Positions 39,055 to 49,645 of a DNA stretch of 64,000 nucleotides are shown piece after piece; position 1 is the first letter of the stretch, and every line of letters begins with the position of its first letter. The position numbers and the translations under genes were made by a program. The notes under the pieces are model-generated. The model saw only the letters and a program-made list of their open reading frames with translations, was not told the DNA's origin and did no database searches. The DNA is taken from assembly GCA_963793425.1 (NCBI GenBank), contig CAWCAG010000009.1, forward strand, positions 384,001 to 448,000. Reading direction: 5' to 3'. This DNA is from an uncultured cyanobacterium. Lineage in GTDB: Bacteria > Cyanobacteriota > Cyanobacteriia > Cyanobacteriales > CAWCAG01.

Positions 39055-39092
<38 letters not shown>

Positions 39093-39163
39093 CAGCGAGT
39101 AGGGTTTGAAAACTTTATTCGGTCGATTTTATAAAGGCACTTTAGTAACTGGATTTAGTCTTA

Positions 39164-39847
39164 TTACTTCTTTCTGTACCAATCCCTCAACCTAGTAGGA
39201 GAAACTCCTAAGAAATAACCGGCGATCGCAACTTGATTAATCAAAGTCGTTTTCACAACACCCAACTTTAACCAACGCCTTCCGGAAGTAACTACCTTCG
39301 CCGGTACAATAGCAATTTTCCCCAACCTTCTCAAACGACTTATCAACTCAAAATCTTCCATAATTGGTAACTCTGGGAAGCCACCAACTTCTTGAAAAAC
39401 AGAAGCTTTGAGGAAAATAGCCTGATCTCCATAGGGCATCCCTAAAATCTGCGATCGCAGGTTAACCATCTTTTCTACCAACCTTACGACAAGCTGATCA
39501 AGATCAATTCTGAGTTGAAAAGCCCCAGCGATGGTATAGGGTTGGGCAAGGGCAACACTAACTAGCTCTTCGTAACCGCGAGGTAAACAACTATCTCCGT
39601 GTAAAAATAGTAAAATATCTCCTTGAGCCATTGCTGCACCGACATTCATTTGTATTGCCCTGCCAGGGCAAGAAGTAATCACCTCAACTCCCATAGCTTT
39701 AGTTAGTTTAACCGTCTCATCGTCACTGCCCCCATCTACCACAATAATCTCCACTCCCACCGCTTCTTGCACTCTCAAAATGGTTTTTTCAATAGTTGCT
39801 GCTTCATTCAAAACAGGGATAATTACCGAAATTGTGGCAGCAATCAT
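39164..39847 (-). CDS. GT2 glycosyltransferase (TIGR04283-like)
   Basis: IPVLNE, VDGGSDD, GRAIQMN, YGDQA, MEDFE and TSGRRW. Confidence 0.85.
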   Translation of the reverse strand: MIAATISVIIPVLNEAATIEKTILRVQEAVGVEIIVVDGGSDDETVKLTKAMGVEVITSCPGRAIQMNVGAAMAQGDILLFLHGDSCLPRGYEELVSVALAQPYTIAGAFQLRIDLDQLVVRLVEKMVNLRSQILGMPYGDQAIFLKASVFQEVGGFPELPIMEDFELISRLRRLGKIAIVPAKVVTSGRRWLKLGVVKTTLINQVAIAGYFLGVSPTRLRDWYRKK

Positions 39848-39879
39848 TGATTAAGTAATAAGTAATATAGGTTTAAAGT

Positions 39880-40764
39880 ATGCCTGATATTAACAAGCTT
39901 CTTAAGCAACTTGCTAGCCAAGAAAAAGCCTTACAAAACACTCAATTTTTGGCCCCCTGTGTAATGGGTTGTTCCCTACGCACCTCTGTAGCTAAAATAA
40001 TCTACACCTTTACACCTCAGCCCCAAAATTTCACTGGCTGGGGAATCTTCCAAGCTATTAATCCTCAAGTCGCTGAGTTAGTTACAGAAGCTAGCTTACC
40101 CCAAATAACCACTTACTTAGAATTACTACCTCCCCTACGTCTCCGCCTCGCCCAGCAAATCAGGGAACAAACTTGGTTAGCTTACCCCATCAACGAATCA
40201 GATATGCAACAGCGTTTCGGGGAAGCTAAGCCCCTCGTTGTACATTTGGTAGATCAAGGGGGGCAGTTTGAACCCATTGTTGCCCGCCTCCAAGGTTCCC
40301 ATTGCTGGTTTGAAACTATTGATCGCCGTGCCGAACCCCAACCTACAGAAACTCTAACCACGTATTTACACCAAGAAACTTGTCCTAAAGAAGTAAAATT
40401 CCCTGGCTTAACTCCAGAAATGCTGACAACTTACCAACTAGCTTGGGGACAAACAGAAAATGTTCTCATTCAAGAACAACACCGCCAGCAAGTGCAAGGA
40501 AAAGTCTCAAAGCCCACATCACCTCAAAACCCAGAAATCAGGTTGCAACAAGCCCTACAACAGGGAGGAGGTGAAATGAGAACCTATCGTGATTACGATG
40601 GTTTCTGGCAAGTAGAATGGCTAACGGCAGATGGACAACTCCATACCTCAGCAATATCTAAAGAGGATCTTACGGTAGTTAGTGCTGGAATCTGTTTGAG
40701 TGGGCGCGATCGCGACTTTGATCTCCAATCCTTAGTTGGTGTTATGGAACAGGAGTATGATTAA
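39880..40764 (+). CDS. hypothetical protein
   Basis: 294-aa ORF; C-terminal DLTVVSAGICLSGRDRDFDLQSLVGV. Confidence 0.75.
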   Translation: MPDINKLLKQLASQEKALQNTQFLAPCVMGCSLRTSVAKIIYTFTPQPQNFTGWGIFQAINPQVAELVTEASLPQITTYLELLPPLRLRLAQQIREQTWLAYPINESDMQQRFGEAKPLVVHLVDQGGQFEPIVARLQGSHCWFETIDRRAEPQPTETLTTYLHQETCPKEVKFPGLTPEMLTTYQLAWGQTENVLIQEQHRQQVQGKVSKPTSPQNPEIRLQQALQQGGGEMRTYRDYDGFWQVEWLTADGQLHTSAISKEDLTVVSAGICLSGRDRDFDLQSLVGVMEQEYD

Positions 40765-40965
40765 TTTGCCGAAAGAGCCAACAAGAAAGCGTAAGATGAT
40801 TTATTAAGCTAGGCTGAAGTTAGAGTTCAGGGCTTCTCAGAGATGGGTGCATCCTACAAGCATTAACCCCAGGAATCATTGCACGGCTTGCCGTTGCTGG
40901 AGGTATCATTGATAACACATAAGACAGGGCATGAAGTAGATAATTTAGGTCTGGTTGAGAGCATT

Positions 40966-42006
40966 ATGAATAAACCTGTCATTATTTGTATAGATGACGA
41001 ACCGACTATACTTGAAAGTCTCAAAATAGAGCTAAAAAAAGCTCTAGGGGATGCTTATATAATCGAAGCCTCAGAAGGGGGAGAAGAGGCTTTAGAACTA
41101 TTTAAAGAACTAATGGAAGATAAGTATGAAGTCGCCTTAGTTCTATCTGATTATATTATGCCCGACATCAAAGGAGACGAACTTTTAAAGCGTATTCATA
41201 CCATTTCTCCCCAAACCTTGAAAATCATGCTTACAGGGCAAGCTGACTTAGAAGCAGTGAGTAATGCGATTAAATATGCGAAGCTATATCGTTATATCTC
41301 CAAACCTTGGCAACCTGAAGATTTAAAAGTTACTGTTATTGAAGCAGTTCATAGTTATCTTCAAGATAAAAAACTCACTGAACAAAATACTAAGCTGCAA
41401 CAAATGAACCAGCAACTAGAAGAATTAACCCTTCATCAAGCAGCTTTAATTAACGAACGTACCGTTGAATTAAAACAAGCAAACCAAGAATTACATCTTC
41501 TCGCCAATCTAGACGGTTTAACCCAAATAGCCAACCGCCGCTGCTTCGATCAATATCTTACTCAAGAATGGCAAAGACTAGCTGAAAGCAAACAACCTCT
41601 ATCAATTATTTTTGCCGACGTAGATTGTTTTAAAAGCTACAATGATCAATACGGGCATCAAGCAGGAGATGAATGTCTACAAGCTATTTCCCAAGCCATG
41701 AGTACTACACTCACAAAAGGTTTAGTGGCGCGGTATGGAGGAGAAGAATTTGCCTTCGTATTACCAAACACTGAAACCACAGAAGCAGTGAAAATAGCGA
41801 TCGCTATTCAATTAGCCATTCAACAACTGAAAATTCCCCACCAAGGTTCAACTGCAAGGGAATATGTCACCCTAAGTTTAGGTATTGCCACAACTATTCC
41901 TCAACAGGAATGCTTGCCCTCAACCCTAACAACCCAAGCTGATATTGCTCTTTATGAAGCCAAAAAACAAGGTCGCAATAGATACTGTATCAAGAAAGCG
42001 GAATAA
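40966..42006 (+). CDS. response-regulator receiver fused to diguanylate cyclase
   Basis: CIDDE, LSDYIMP, KPW, DGLTQIANRR and RYGGEEF; ATG at 40966 chosen by comparison with its paralog. Confidence 0.92.
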   Translation: MNKPVIICIDDEPTILESLKIELKKALGDAYIIEASEGGEEALELFKELMEDKYEVALVLSDYIMPDIKGDELLKRIHTISPQTLKIMLTGQADLEAVSNAIKYAKLYRYISKPWQPEDLKVTVIEAVHSYLQDKKLTEQNTKLQQMNQQLEELTLHQAALINERTVELKQANQELHLLANLDGLTQIANRRCFDQYLTQEWQRLAESKQPLSIIFADVDCFKSYNDQYGHQAGDECLQAISQAMSTTLTKGLVARYGGEEFAFVLPNTETTEAVKIAIAIQLAIQQLKIPHQGSTAREYVTLSLGIATTIPQQECLPSTLTTQADIALYEAKKQGRNRYCIKKAE

Positions 42007-42179
42007 TTAATTGAGAAAGGATTATACCTTGTTTGATAGTTACCGAACCGATAGCCAAATTAAAATATCGATGATATGTTTAAGCTGTCAGGTGTCAAGA
42101 ATTACTTGATTAGGATTAGGAAGTAGGGGGCAGAAAAGAGTTACAGCTAATTTCAACTTTTCCTTAATTTTTCAATGTC

Positions 42180-42374
42180 ATGTCCCAAGCAGCAATTTTA
42201 AATATCGAGGATGAATATAGCAGCATTAGATTACATAGCCAAGAAATACTCTTTCCTGAAAAATCCCAGGATAATTATCTCTATGAATTTACTGAAAGTG
42301 TAGTTAAACTCTTGGAGACTATAAAGGAACTTAAAAAGCTAATTCGCAAAAACCTTGAAATCAAAAGGATTTAA
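42180..42374 (+). CDS. small hypothetical protein
   Basis: 64-aa ORF between the two cyclase genes; no recognisable motif. Confidence 0.3.
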   Translation: MSQAAILNIEDEYSSIRLHSQEILFPEKSQDNYLYEFTESVVKLLETIKELKKLIRKNLEIKRI

Positions 42375-42405
42375 TTAAAACTATTAAGTCTGCTGTAGCT
42401 GCCCT

Positions 42406-43464
42406 ATGAACAAACCTGTAATTATTTGTGTTGATGACGAACAAACTATCCTTGACAGCTTAGAAATAGAGCTGAAGAGGGTTTTAGGGAATGATTACCT
42501 AATTGAAACAGCAGGGGGGGGAGAAGAAGCTTTAGAGCTATTTTCTGGCTTACTTGAAGAAGATTACGAAGTTGCTATAGTCATGTCCGATTATATTATG
42601 CCGGACATTAAAGGGGACGAACTCTTAAAACGCATTCATACTATGTCCCCCCAAACCCTAAAAATCATGCTCACAGGGCAAGCGGATGTGGAAGCAGTGG
42701 GTAATGCCCTCAGAAACGCTAAATTATATCGTTATATCTCCAAACCTTGGCAATCAGAAGACTTAAAAATAACTACAATCGAAGCAATACATAGCTATCT
42801 CCAAGATAAAAAGTTAGCTGAACAAAACGAAAAGTTGAAATACCTTAATAAACAACTAGAAAGTTTAATTTGCGACCAAGCAGAATTGATTTCTCAACGC
42901 ACCTCTGAACTCGAACAAGCCAATCAGAAGTTACATTGCCTTGCTACTTTGGATAGTTTAACCCAAATTGCTAATCGTCGTCAGTTCGACCAATATTTAG
43001 CTGGAGAATGGCAAAAATCAGCCCGAATGAAACAACCTTTATCCTTAATTTTAGGGGATGTGGATTTTTTTAAAAGATACAATGATGAGTATGGGCATCA
43101 AGCAGGAGATGAATGTCTCCAGGCTATAGCCCAAGCCTTGAAGAAAGTTGTTGAAAGTAATTCCCCTCCCCAATCTTTAGTAGCCCGGTATGGGGGTGAA
43201 GAATTTGTGATTGTTTTGCCAGAAACAGAATACGAAGGGGCAGCAGAAATAGCAGTGGAGATTCAGTTTGCCCTCGAAGAACTCAAAATTCTGCACTGTA
43301 AATCAGATGTTAGTGATTATGTCACTATTAGTATGGGTATTTCTTTGGTTTTCCCCCAGCAACAGATATCTCCTTCGAGGCTAATTAATCTTGCTGATCA
43401 TGCCCTTTACGAAGCGAAAAAACAAGGGCGCGATCGCTACTATGTTTATGCTGTACCGAGGTGA
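42406..43464 (+). CDS. response-regulator receiver fused to diguanylate cyclase (paralog)
   Basis: CVDDE, MSDYIMP, DSLTQIANRR and RYGGEEF. Confidence 0.92.
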   Translation: MNKPVIICVDDEQTILDSLEIELKRVLGNDYLIETAGGGEEALELFSGLLEEDYEVAIVMSDYIMPDIKGDELLKRIHTMSPQTLKIMLTGQADVEAVGNALRNAKLYRYISKPWQSEDLKITTIEAIHSYLQDKKLAEQNEKLKYLNKQLESLICDQAELISQRTSELEQANQKLHCLATLDSLTQIANRRQFDQYLAGEWQKSARMKQPLSLILGDVDFFKRYNDEYGHQAGDECLQAIAQALKKVVESNSPPQSLVARYGGEEFVIVLPETEYEGAAEIAVEIQFALEELKILHCKSDVSDYVTISMGISLVFPQQQISPSRLINLADHALYEAKKQGRDRYYVYAVPR

Positions 43465-43469
43465 TGGGG

Positions 43470-43578
43470 AAGTAATAAGTAATAAGTAATAAGTAATAAG
43501 TAATAAGTAATAAGTAATAAGTAATAAGTAATAAGTAATAAGTAATAAGTAATAAGTAATAAGTAATAAGTAATAAGT
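43470..43578. repeat. heptamer tandem array (AAGTAAT)x15
   Basis: 15 perfect units at 43470-43574 plus a partial unit. Confidence 0.97.
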
Positions 43579-43651
43579 GAAGAATTTGCTGTTGCCTGTT
43601 GCTTAATTGAAAAGTAGGGTGGGGAGCTAGGGAGCTAGGGAGCTAGGGAGA

Positions 43652-44065
43652 TTAAGCTTTTTGGTGTTTGACGGTAACAACTGTATGTACGTTGCCTCTG
43701 GGGGTAAAATCTCCTTTAACCACTGCTTCTAGGGGGTCACAGGTGGCTACGAAGTCATCTAGAATTTGGTTAACAGCCTCTTCATGGGGAATGTAGCGAT
43801 CGCGGTAACTATTGATGTAGAGTTTCAAGGATTTTAACTCTACTACCTTCTCATCGGGAACATATTTGAGATGAATAGCAGCGAAGTCAGGATAGCCAGA
43901 AAAAGGACATTTACAAGTAAACTCAGGTAAAGTAATCTCAATATCATAGCGCCGCCCTAAGCGAGGATTCGGAAAAGTAATTAACTTTCCTTCGGCAATT
44001 TCCCTCTCACCATATTTAAGCTCTTTTTCTTTTTCTTGTTGTTCCTGACTCATAACATTTATCAT
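43652..44065 (-). CDS. queF: preQ0 reductase
   Basis: PEFTCKCPFSGYPDFA, VELKSLKLY, HEE and PRGNV. Confidence 0.95.
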   Translation of the reverse strand: MINVMSQEQQEKEKELKYGEREIAEGKLITFPNPRLGRRYDIEITLPEFTCKCPFSGYPDFAAIHLKYVPDEKVVELKSLKLYINSYRDRYIPHEEAVNQILDDFVATCDPLEAVVKGDFTPRGNVHTVVTVKHQKA

Positions 44066-44157
44066 TAAACATTAAACATTAAACATTTTTAATTTAACCT
44101 AATGTAGTTATCCCAGGCTTAACTCATCATCGATAATCGATAACTGATAACTGATTC

Positions 44158-45075
44158 ATGGCACACAACCATCACCACGGACATCATCATGAACAACCAG
44201 CTAACTACAACCGTGTCTTTGTTATTGGTACTGTTCTAAATATTGCTTTTGTAGTTATTGAGGCTTTATTTGGTATTCTTACACAATCCTTAGCTTTGCT
44301 TGCCGATGCCGGTCATAATCTCAGTGATGTTTTCGGCTTATTGCTTGCTTGGGGGGCAAGCTGGTTGGCTCAACAACCTCCCACTCAACGTTATACCTAC
44401 GGGTGGCGACGTTCTTCAATTTTAGCAGCTTTAGGCAACGCTATTATCCTTTTAGTAGCTATGGGAGGAATTACTTGGGAAGCCATCAGCCGTTTTTCAC
44501 AACCCAGCACTGTACCTGCTTTAACCATTATTATCGTTGCCCTGGTAGGCGTTGTGATTAATACTGCCACCGCCCTTTTATTCTTTTCTGGTCGCAAAGA
44601 AGATTTGAATATTCGCGGTGCATTTTTACATATGGGTGCTGATGCTTTGGTCTCTTTTGGAGTTGTCTTAGCGGGGTTAGGTATTATTTTTACAGGTTGG
44701 TTATGGTTTGATTCAGTAACTAGCTTAATTATTGTTGTTGCGGTGGTAGTGGGAACCTGGCAGTTATTAACAGACTCTATTAAATTAGCTCTGGATGCTG
44801 TACCCCAAGGAATTGAGCCACAAGCGGTAAAAACTTATCTGGTTGAACTTCCTGGGGTGACTCAAATTCATGACCTGCATATTTGGGCTATGAGTACCAC
44901 ACAAACAGCTTTAACAGCACATTTAGTTATGCCAAAGGGTTATCCGGGGGATAGTTTTTTAAGCCAAACCTCTGGGGAGTTAGAAAAACATTTCGGAATT
45001 GATCATACAACCCTGCAAATAGAAACAGGAGATCCTAACTATCCCTGTGATTTAGCCCCAGATCACAAAATTTGA
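44158..45075 (+). CDS. cation diffusion facilitator transporter (CzcD-like)
   Basis: His-rich N-terminus, SLALLADAGHNLSD, LHMGAD, HDLHIW and HTTLQIE. Confidence 0.92.
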   Translation: MAHNHHHGHHHEQPANYNRVFVIGTVLNIAFVVIEALFGILTQSLALLADAGHNLSDVFGLLLAWGASWLAQQPPTQRYTYGWRRSSILAALGNAIILLVAMGGITWEAISRFSQPSTVPALTIIIVALVGVVINTATALLFFSGRKEDLNIRGAFLHMGADALVSFGVVLAGLGIIFTGWLWFDSVTSLIIVVAVVVGTWQLLTDSIKLALDAVPQGIEPQAVKTYLVELPGVTQIHDLHIWAMSTTQTALTAHLVMPKGYPGDSFLSQTSGELEKHFGIDHTTLQIETGDPNYPCDLAPDHKI

Positions 45076-45099
45076 ATATTTTAATTAAGGATATTTTAA

Positions 45100-46242
45100 A
45101 TGAAACTAAAACTAATTTTATTTCTAACAGCGGCTATTTATTTACCAGTGCAGTTGTTAACGAAAGCACCTACTTTTGCTGCACAAGCTGAAGTCGTAAA
45201 GCAAGATTCTACACCGTTACTCATTGCCCATTATAATCCTGCCATACTTGAGGCCTTGAACCAAGCGATTAAAGAAAATCCTGATAATGCTGATGCTTAT
45301 AAAAATCGTGGTTTACTTCACCTTCATGTAGAAGATTATGAGAAGGCGATCGCAGATTTTAGCCAATTTATTCGTATTAAGCCCCAAGAAGCTGAAGGCT
45401 ATAACCTACGGGGGACAGCTTATTTTTGGATTAATGAATTTGAAAGGGCTAATAATGATTTCAATCAAGCCCTTGAACTTGATGATCAATTAGCTTTTAC
45501 CTATTTTAATCGTGGCTATGTACAAAGAAAATTAGGTAATAGAGAAGCTGCGATCGCCGATTTTAAAATCGGTGCTTCTTTAGCGAAAGAACAAGGAGAA
45601 ACAGAAGCTTACCAACAAGCAATCCAAATAATTACCGAACTTGAACAAGCCCCGCAAATGACGGCTGAGGAATTTATAGAACGGGGTATTATTAAAAGTC
45701 AGGAGGGGGATTCTTTAGAAGCAGTTAATGATTTTGATTCAGCCTTAGCCCTAAATCCTGAACTTGTAGAAGCTTACTCTAATCGAGGCTTAGCTAAAGT
45801 ACAATTAGGGGATTATGAAGGGGCGATGGCAGATTTTAATCAAGCTTTAACCCTCGATCCTAATAATGCTAATGCCTATAATCGACGCGGAAATACTTTT
45901 GCTACCTTTGGGGATATTACCAAAGCAATGGCGGATTTTAATCAAGCTTTAGCCCTCGATCCTAACCACGCCGACGCTTACTATAATCGTGGTTTAATTC
46001 GTACTGAATTAGGAAAATATCAAGAGGCGATCGCAGATTATGACAAAGCTATTAAACTTGATTCTTCTTTAGCTGAAGCCTATGGCAACCGGGGACTAAT
46101 CTATTATGAAAAGGGAGAGAAAGCTAAGGCATTAGCTGACTTGAAACAAGCAGCCCAACTATTTGAAGAACAAGAAAATATAGTTGCTTACCGCAAGACT
46201 ATTTATAATATTCAAATGATAGAAGAAGATGGTTTTCAGTAG
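45100..46242 (+). CDS. exported TPR-repeat protein
   Basis: Signal peptide; multiple AYxNRG...A..DF..A repeats. Confidence 0.9.
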   Translation: MKLKLILFLTAAIYLPVQLLTKAPTFAAQAEVVKQDSTPLLIAHYNPAILEALNQAIKENPDNADAYKNRGLLHLHVEDYEKAIADFSQFIRIKPQEAEGYNLRGTAYFWINEFERANNDFNQALELDDQLAFTYFNRGYVQRKLGNREAAIADFKIGASLAKEQGETEAYQQAIQIITELEQAPQMTAEEFIERGIIKSQEGDSLEAVNDFDSALALNPELVEAYSNRGLAKVQLGDYEGAMADFNQALTLDPNNANAYNRRGNTFATFGDITKAMADFNQALALDPNHADAYYNRGLIRTELGKYQEAIADYDKAIKLDSSLAEAYGNRGLIYYEKGEKAKALADLKQAAQLFEEQENIVAYRKTIYNIQMIEEDGFQ

Positions 46243-46332
46243 TAATTAGTTGAGTTTTGGCTAGTTGCTAATCGCTAATTGCTAATCGTGATCTAGAAAA
46301 CGTAATAGTAAGCTTATTTTACCTATTACCTA

Positions 46333-47100
46333 TTAATAAGGTAATTGTTCCCCATTCCAAGAGAAAAATTCACCACTATCTTTGAGGGTGAGATTCTCAA
46401 TGACATCAAGTAATTGAGTTATAGTTTGTTCCACTGGAAACAACTTTTCTATGGGGACATTTTTTTGAAAAGGTTCAGAAAGCTGGGTATCTGTTGTTCC
46501 AGGATGCAACACAGTGACTATGGTGTTAGGACTTTTACGACTATATTCAATGGCGGTAGTACGCATGAACATATTCAAAGCGGCTTTAGAAGCACGATAG
46601 CCATACCAACCGCCTAAGCGATTATCACTGATGCTGCCGATTTTAGCAGAAATGGTTGCTAACAAATTGCGATCGCCGTGACGTAGTAGAGGGAGAAAAT
46701 ATTTTGCCAATAGCACAGCACCAATACTGTTAACTTGGAAATAACGTAAAAGATACTCTGGGTTAAGCTGTTTTAAGCTTTTTTCTGGTTGTAACTGCCC
46801 TTCATGCAAAATTCCTACGCAGTTAACCACCAAATGTAATTTATCTATCTCACTACGGATCTTCTCAACTGCTATAACAATCTGAGACTCATCTGTAATA
46901 TCCATCTCTAAACAAACTAACTTACCAGGATACTTGCTTCGTAGAGTCAGTAACTCAGCAGCATTTTCTTGGCGACGGTAAGTTGCAAAAATTCTTCCTT
47001 GTTTCTCGCTTTGAAGTAGTTTTCTGACAAAACCTAGACCAATACCTCGACTAGCCCCCACAATAAGTGAAGATGTATATTTCATCTTAAACTTGTCCAA
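46333..47100 (-). CDS. SDR oxidoreductase, CsgA/C-factor-like
   Basis: VGASRGIG, YGYRASK and LHPGTTDT; an alternative ATG lies at 47085. Confidence 0.9.
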   Translation of the reverse strand: MDKFKMKYTSSLIVGASRGIGLGFVRKLLQSEKQGRIFATYRRQENAAELLTLRSKYPGKLVCLEMDITDESQIVIAVEKIRSEIDKLHLVVNCVGILHEGQLQPEKSLKQLNPEYLLRYFQVNSIGAVLLAKYFLPLLRHGDRNLLATISAKIGSISDNRLGGWYGYRASKAALNMFMRTTAIEYSRKSPNTIVTVLHPGTTDTQLSEPFQKNVPIEKLFPVEQTITQLLDVIENLTLKDSGEFFSWNGEQLPY

Positions 47101-47121
47101 TTTTTTACCAACATAATTGCT

Positions 47122-47580
47122 ATGTCCAAAACTGTAGCCGATGTTATGACCCCAGATCCAATTACTGTCAAACCTGAGACTTCTTTAGGGGAGGCCATTA
47201 AGATTCTGGCAGAAAAACGTATTAGTGGTTTGTTGGTGGTGGATGAAGAGGACAAACTCTTAGGTATTCTTTCAGAAACTGACTTGATGTGGCAAGAATC
47301 AGGAGTAGATCCCCCACCCTATATCACCTTTCTTGATAGTATCATTTATCTCAAAAATCCTGCTCGTTATGATAAAGATATTCACAAAGCTTTAGGTCAA
47401 ACGGCGGGGGAGGTAATGAGTGAAAAACCCATTACTATTGAAGCAACTCAAGCTTTGCGGGAAGCGGCGAAGTTGATGCACGAGGAAAAAGTGAGGCGTT
47501 TACCAGTGGTTAATGATGCCAAGCAGTTAGTTGGCATCATCACCCAAGGAGATATTATTCGCTCTATGGCAGCTAGTTGA
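47122..47580 (+). CDS. CBS-domain protein
   Basis: Paired CBS motifs VADVMT, GILSETD, RLPVV and GIITQGD. Confidence 0.92.
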   Translation: MSKTVADVMTPDPITVKPETSLGEAIKILAEKRISGLLVVDEEDKLLGILSETDLMWQESGVDPPPYITFLDSIIYLKNPARYDKDIHKALGQTAGEVMSEKPITIEATQALREAAKLMHEEKVRRLPVVNDAKQLVGIITQGDIIRSMAAS

Positions 47581-47595
47581 GGCTATGCCAAGAGT

Positions 47596-48102
47596 CTAAT
47601 CACCTTCAGGGCGAGGGCCTCTAGGGCGATTTTCACCGCGACGCTGTTCCTTTAATTGGGCTAGTTGAGAACGTTGTTCGGGGGTTAAAACTTCGTTAAC
47701 CTTGAGCATAACTTCAAAACGGCGATCGCTAAGCTGTTGATGCAAACTCTGCATCTGTTGATGCTGTTGTTGTAGCTGTTGGGAAGAAGCCCCGTTAGCC
47801 ATGAGGGTTTGCATTTGCTCTTTGGCTGCCTTCATTTGTTCTCGCAAACCTTGGGAACTTTCCTTTGACTCCTGGTGAATTGCTTTGATGCGTTCTGATT
47901 GTTCAGTAGTTAAATTAAGTTCTTGTAACCAAGGAGGACCATTTTCTGAGTTTCTACTCTTGTTTTCTCCTTGAGGGTTTTGGGCAATTAATTGTGAGGA
48001 TTCAGCCCCAGCATTATGTAATTCTGGGTGAATAGCAGCAAAGGCAGTCATGGGAACAATTAATCCACCAAGGGCAATAATCGAAAAAGCTCGCCAGTTC
48101 AT
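47596..48102 (-). CDS. Spy/CpxP family periplasmic chaperone
   Basis: Signal peptide; LNLTTEQ and VLTPEQR (LTxxQ) motifs. Confidence 0.88.
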   Translation of the reverse strand: MNWRAFSIIALGGLIVPMTAFAAIHPELHNAGAESSQLIAQNPQGENKSRNSENGPPWLQELNLTTEQSERIKAIHQESKESSQGLREQMKAAKEQMQTLMANGASSQQLQQQHQQMQSLHQQLSDRRFEVMLKVNEVLTPEQRSQLAQLKEQRRGENRPRGPRPEGD

Positions 48103-48323
48103 AGTTTAATCTCTCTTAGTCTTATTGAGTGTGTGAGGTACGATTAATTCAATATTAGAAAATAATCCCCACCACTGACCTGGATCAAATCTCCTAAACT
48201 GAGTGCAACTAAGGTACTATTTTGAATCTGGTACTTTTGGCCTATCTGTGAAGTTTGCCGAAAACAGACCAACAAACAATACAATAGCTGAGAATCCTTA
48301 TAACTGCCTTTGGCATCGTTGCT

Positions 48324-49622
48324 TTGAGTTTAGCGATCGCACTACTAACTTTTACCTTGATTCTGGTTTTATGGCAACCGAAGGGTTTGGGTATGGGCTG
48401 GAGTGCTTTACTGGGGGCATTTCTCGCCTTAGCTACAGGGGTTATTACCTGGGAAGATATTGTAGTTGCTTGGGAATTATTAGGTAATTCCTTCCTTACC
48501 CTCATTGCTGTCAGCATTATTTGTTTAATCTTGGATGAGGCGGGTTTTTTCAGCTTATTAGCCCGCCCTATGGCTTTGTTAGGGTTGGGCTTAGGTTGGT
48601 GGCTATTTTGTTTGCTGGCTTTAGTTGCGGCTTTGGTAACTGCCCTGTTTACCAATTATGGCAGCATCTTAATTTGGACACCAGTGGTTATGGAAACCAT
48701 GCAGGTATTAAGTTTTCGCCCTAAACCAACTTTAGCTTATGTTCTGGCTACAGGTTTTATTGCCGATGCTGCGAGTTTGCCTTTACCTTTCAGTAATTTA
48801 GTTAATCTCCTCGCTATCGACTCTTTTCAAGTACCCTTAATTCGCTATGCCATAGTTATGGTTCCCATCCATTTTGTGGCCTTAGCCATAAGTTTTGGGG
48901 TACTGTGGTTTTATTTTGATTTATTAATCCCCCCTACCTATCAACTTGCCCAAACTACTCCGGCTTCAGCAGTTATTCGTGATCCTTTAATTTGTCGTTG
49001 GGGTTTTATTATTCTCGGTTGGCTATTACTCGGTTACTTCCTTCCCCACTTAACTTGGTTAGTAGCTTGGTTAGCTGTATTATTCCTCTTCGCCTTAGCA
49101 GGGCGTTGGTTTTATCCTGGGGGCGGGGTTTTATCCTTAAGGAAGTTATTAAAACAAATTCCCTGGCAACCACTTTTTTTCACCACAGGAATGTATTTTC
49201 TGATTATTGGCTTAGGCAAAGCGGGGTTAATTCCTTTACTCAGCCAACTGTTTTCGCAATTCTCCCGTTGGGGCATAACTTTAGCGAGTATGGGGACAGG
49301 GTTTACCGCTGCCTTACTTTCAAGCTTAAGCAATAATCTACCCGTTGCCGTCGTTAACAACCTCGCCTTACAAGAAGCCACCGCAGATCAAAGCGCGATC
49401 ACCGAAGCAATGCTTTACGCCAACCTCATTGGTACTAGTTTGGGGGCAAAATTGATTCCTTGGGGCAGTCTTTCAACTTTGTTATGGTTAGATATTTTGC
49501 GTCGCAAAGGTTTAAATCTTTTTTGGGGACATTATTTTAGGATTCACATCGCTTTAACTATCCCAGTACTGTTTATTTGTTTTTTAATGCTTGCCCTTTG
49601 GCTTCCTTGGTTAGTTGTTTGA
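48324..49622 (+). CDS. ArsB/NhaD family membrane transporter
   Basis: WQPKGL, LDEAGFF, FIADAASLP, NNLP and WGSLSTLLW. Confidence 0.85.
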   Translation: MSLAIALLTFTLILVLWQPKGLGMGWSALLGAFLALATGVITWEDIVVAWELLGNSFLTLIAVSIICLILDEAGFFSLLARPMALLGLGLGWWLFCLLALVAALVTALFTNYGSILIWTPVVMETMQVLSFRPKPTLAYVLATGFIADAASLPLPFSNLVNLLAIDSFQVPLIRYAIVMVPIHFVALAISFGVLWFYFDLLIPPTYQLAQTTPASAVIRDPLICRWGFIILGWLLLGYFLPHLTWLVAWLAVLFLFALAGRWFYPGGGVLSLRKLLKQIPWQPLFFTTGMYFLIIGLGKAGLIPLLSQLFSQFSRWGITLASMGTGFTAALLSSLSNNLPVAVVNNLALQEATADQSAITEAMLYANLIGTSLGAKLIPWGSLSTLLWLDILRRKGLNLFWGHYFRIHIALTIPVLFICFLMLALWLPWLVV

Positions 49623-49645
49623 AAACCTATCATTCTAATTACCCG

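Noticed and set aside
40765..40965. c-di-GMP riboswitch upstream of the cyclase
   Set aside because: I could not find the GEMM consensus elements or a convincing paired structure.
43470..43578. Possible CRISPR array
   Set aside because: Pure 7-bp tandem repeat with no spacers, and no cas genes in the window.
39164..49622. Arsenic cluster linking the TIGR04283-like GT and the ArsB-like transporter
   Set aside because: They are more than 8 kb apart with unrelated genes between, and no arsR, arsC, arsM or arsS is present.
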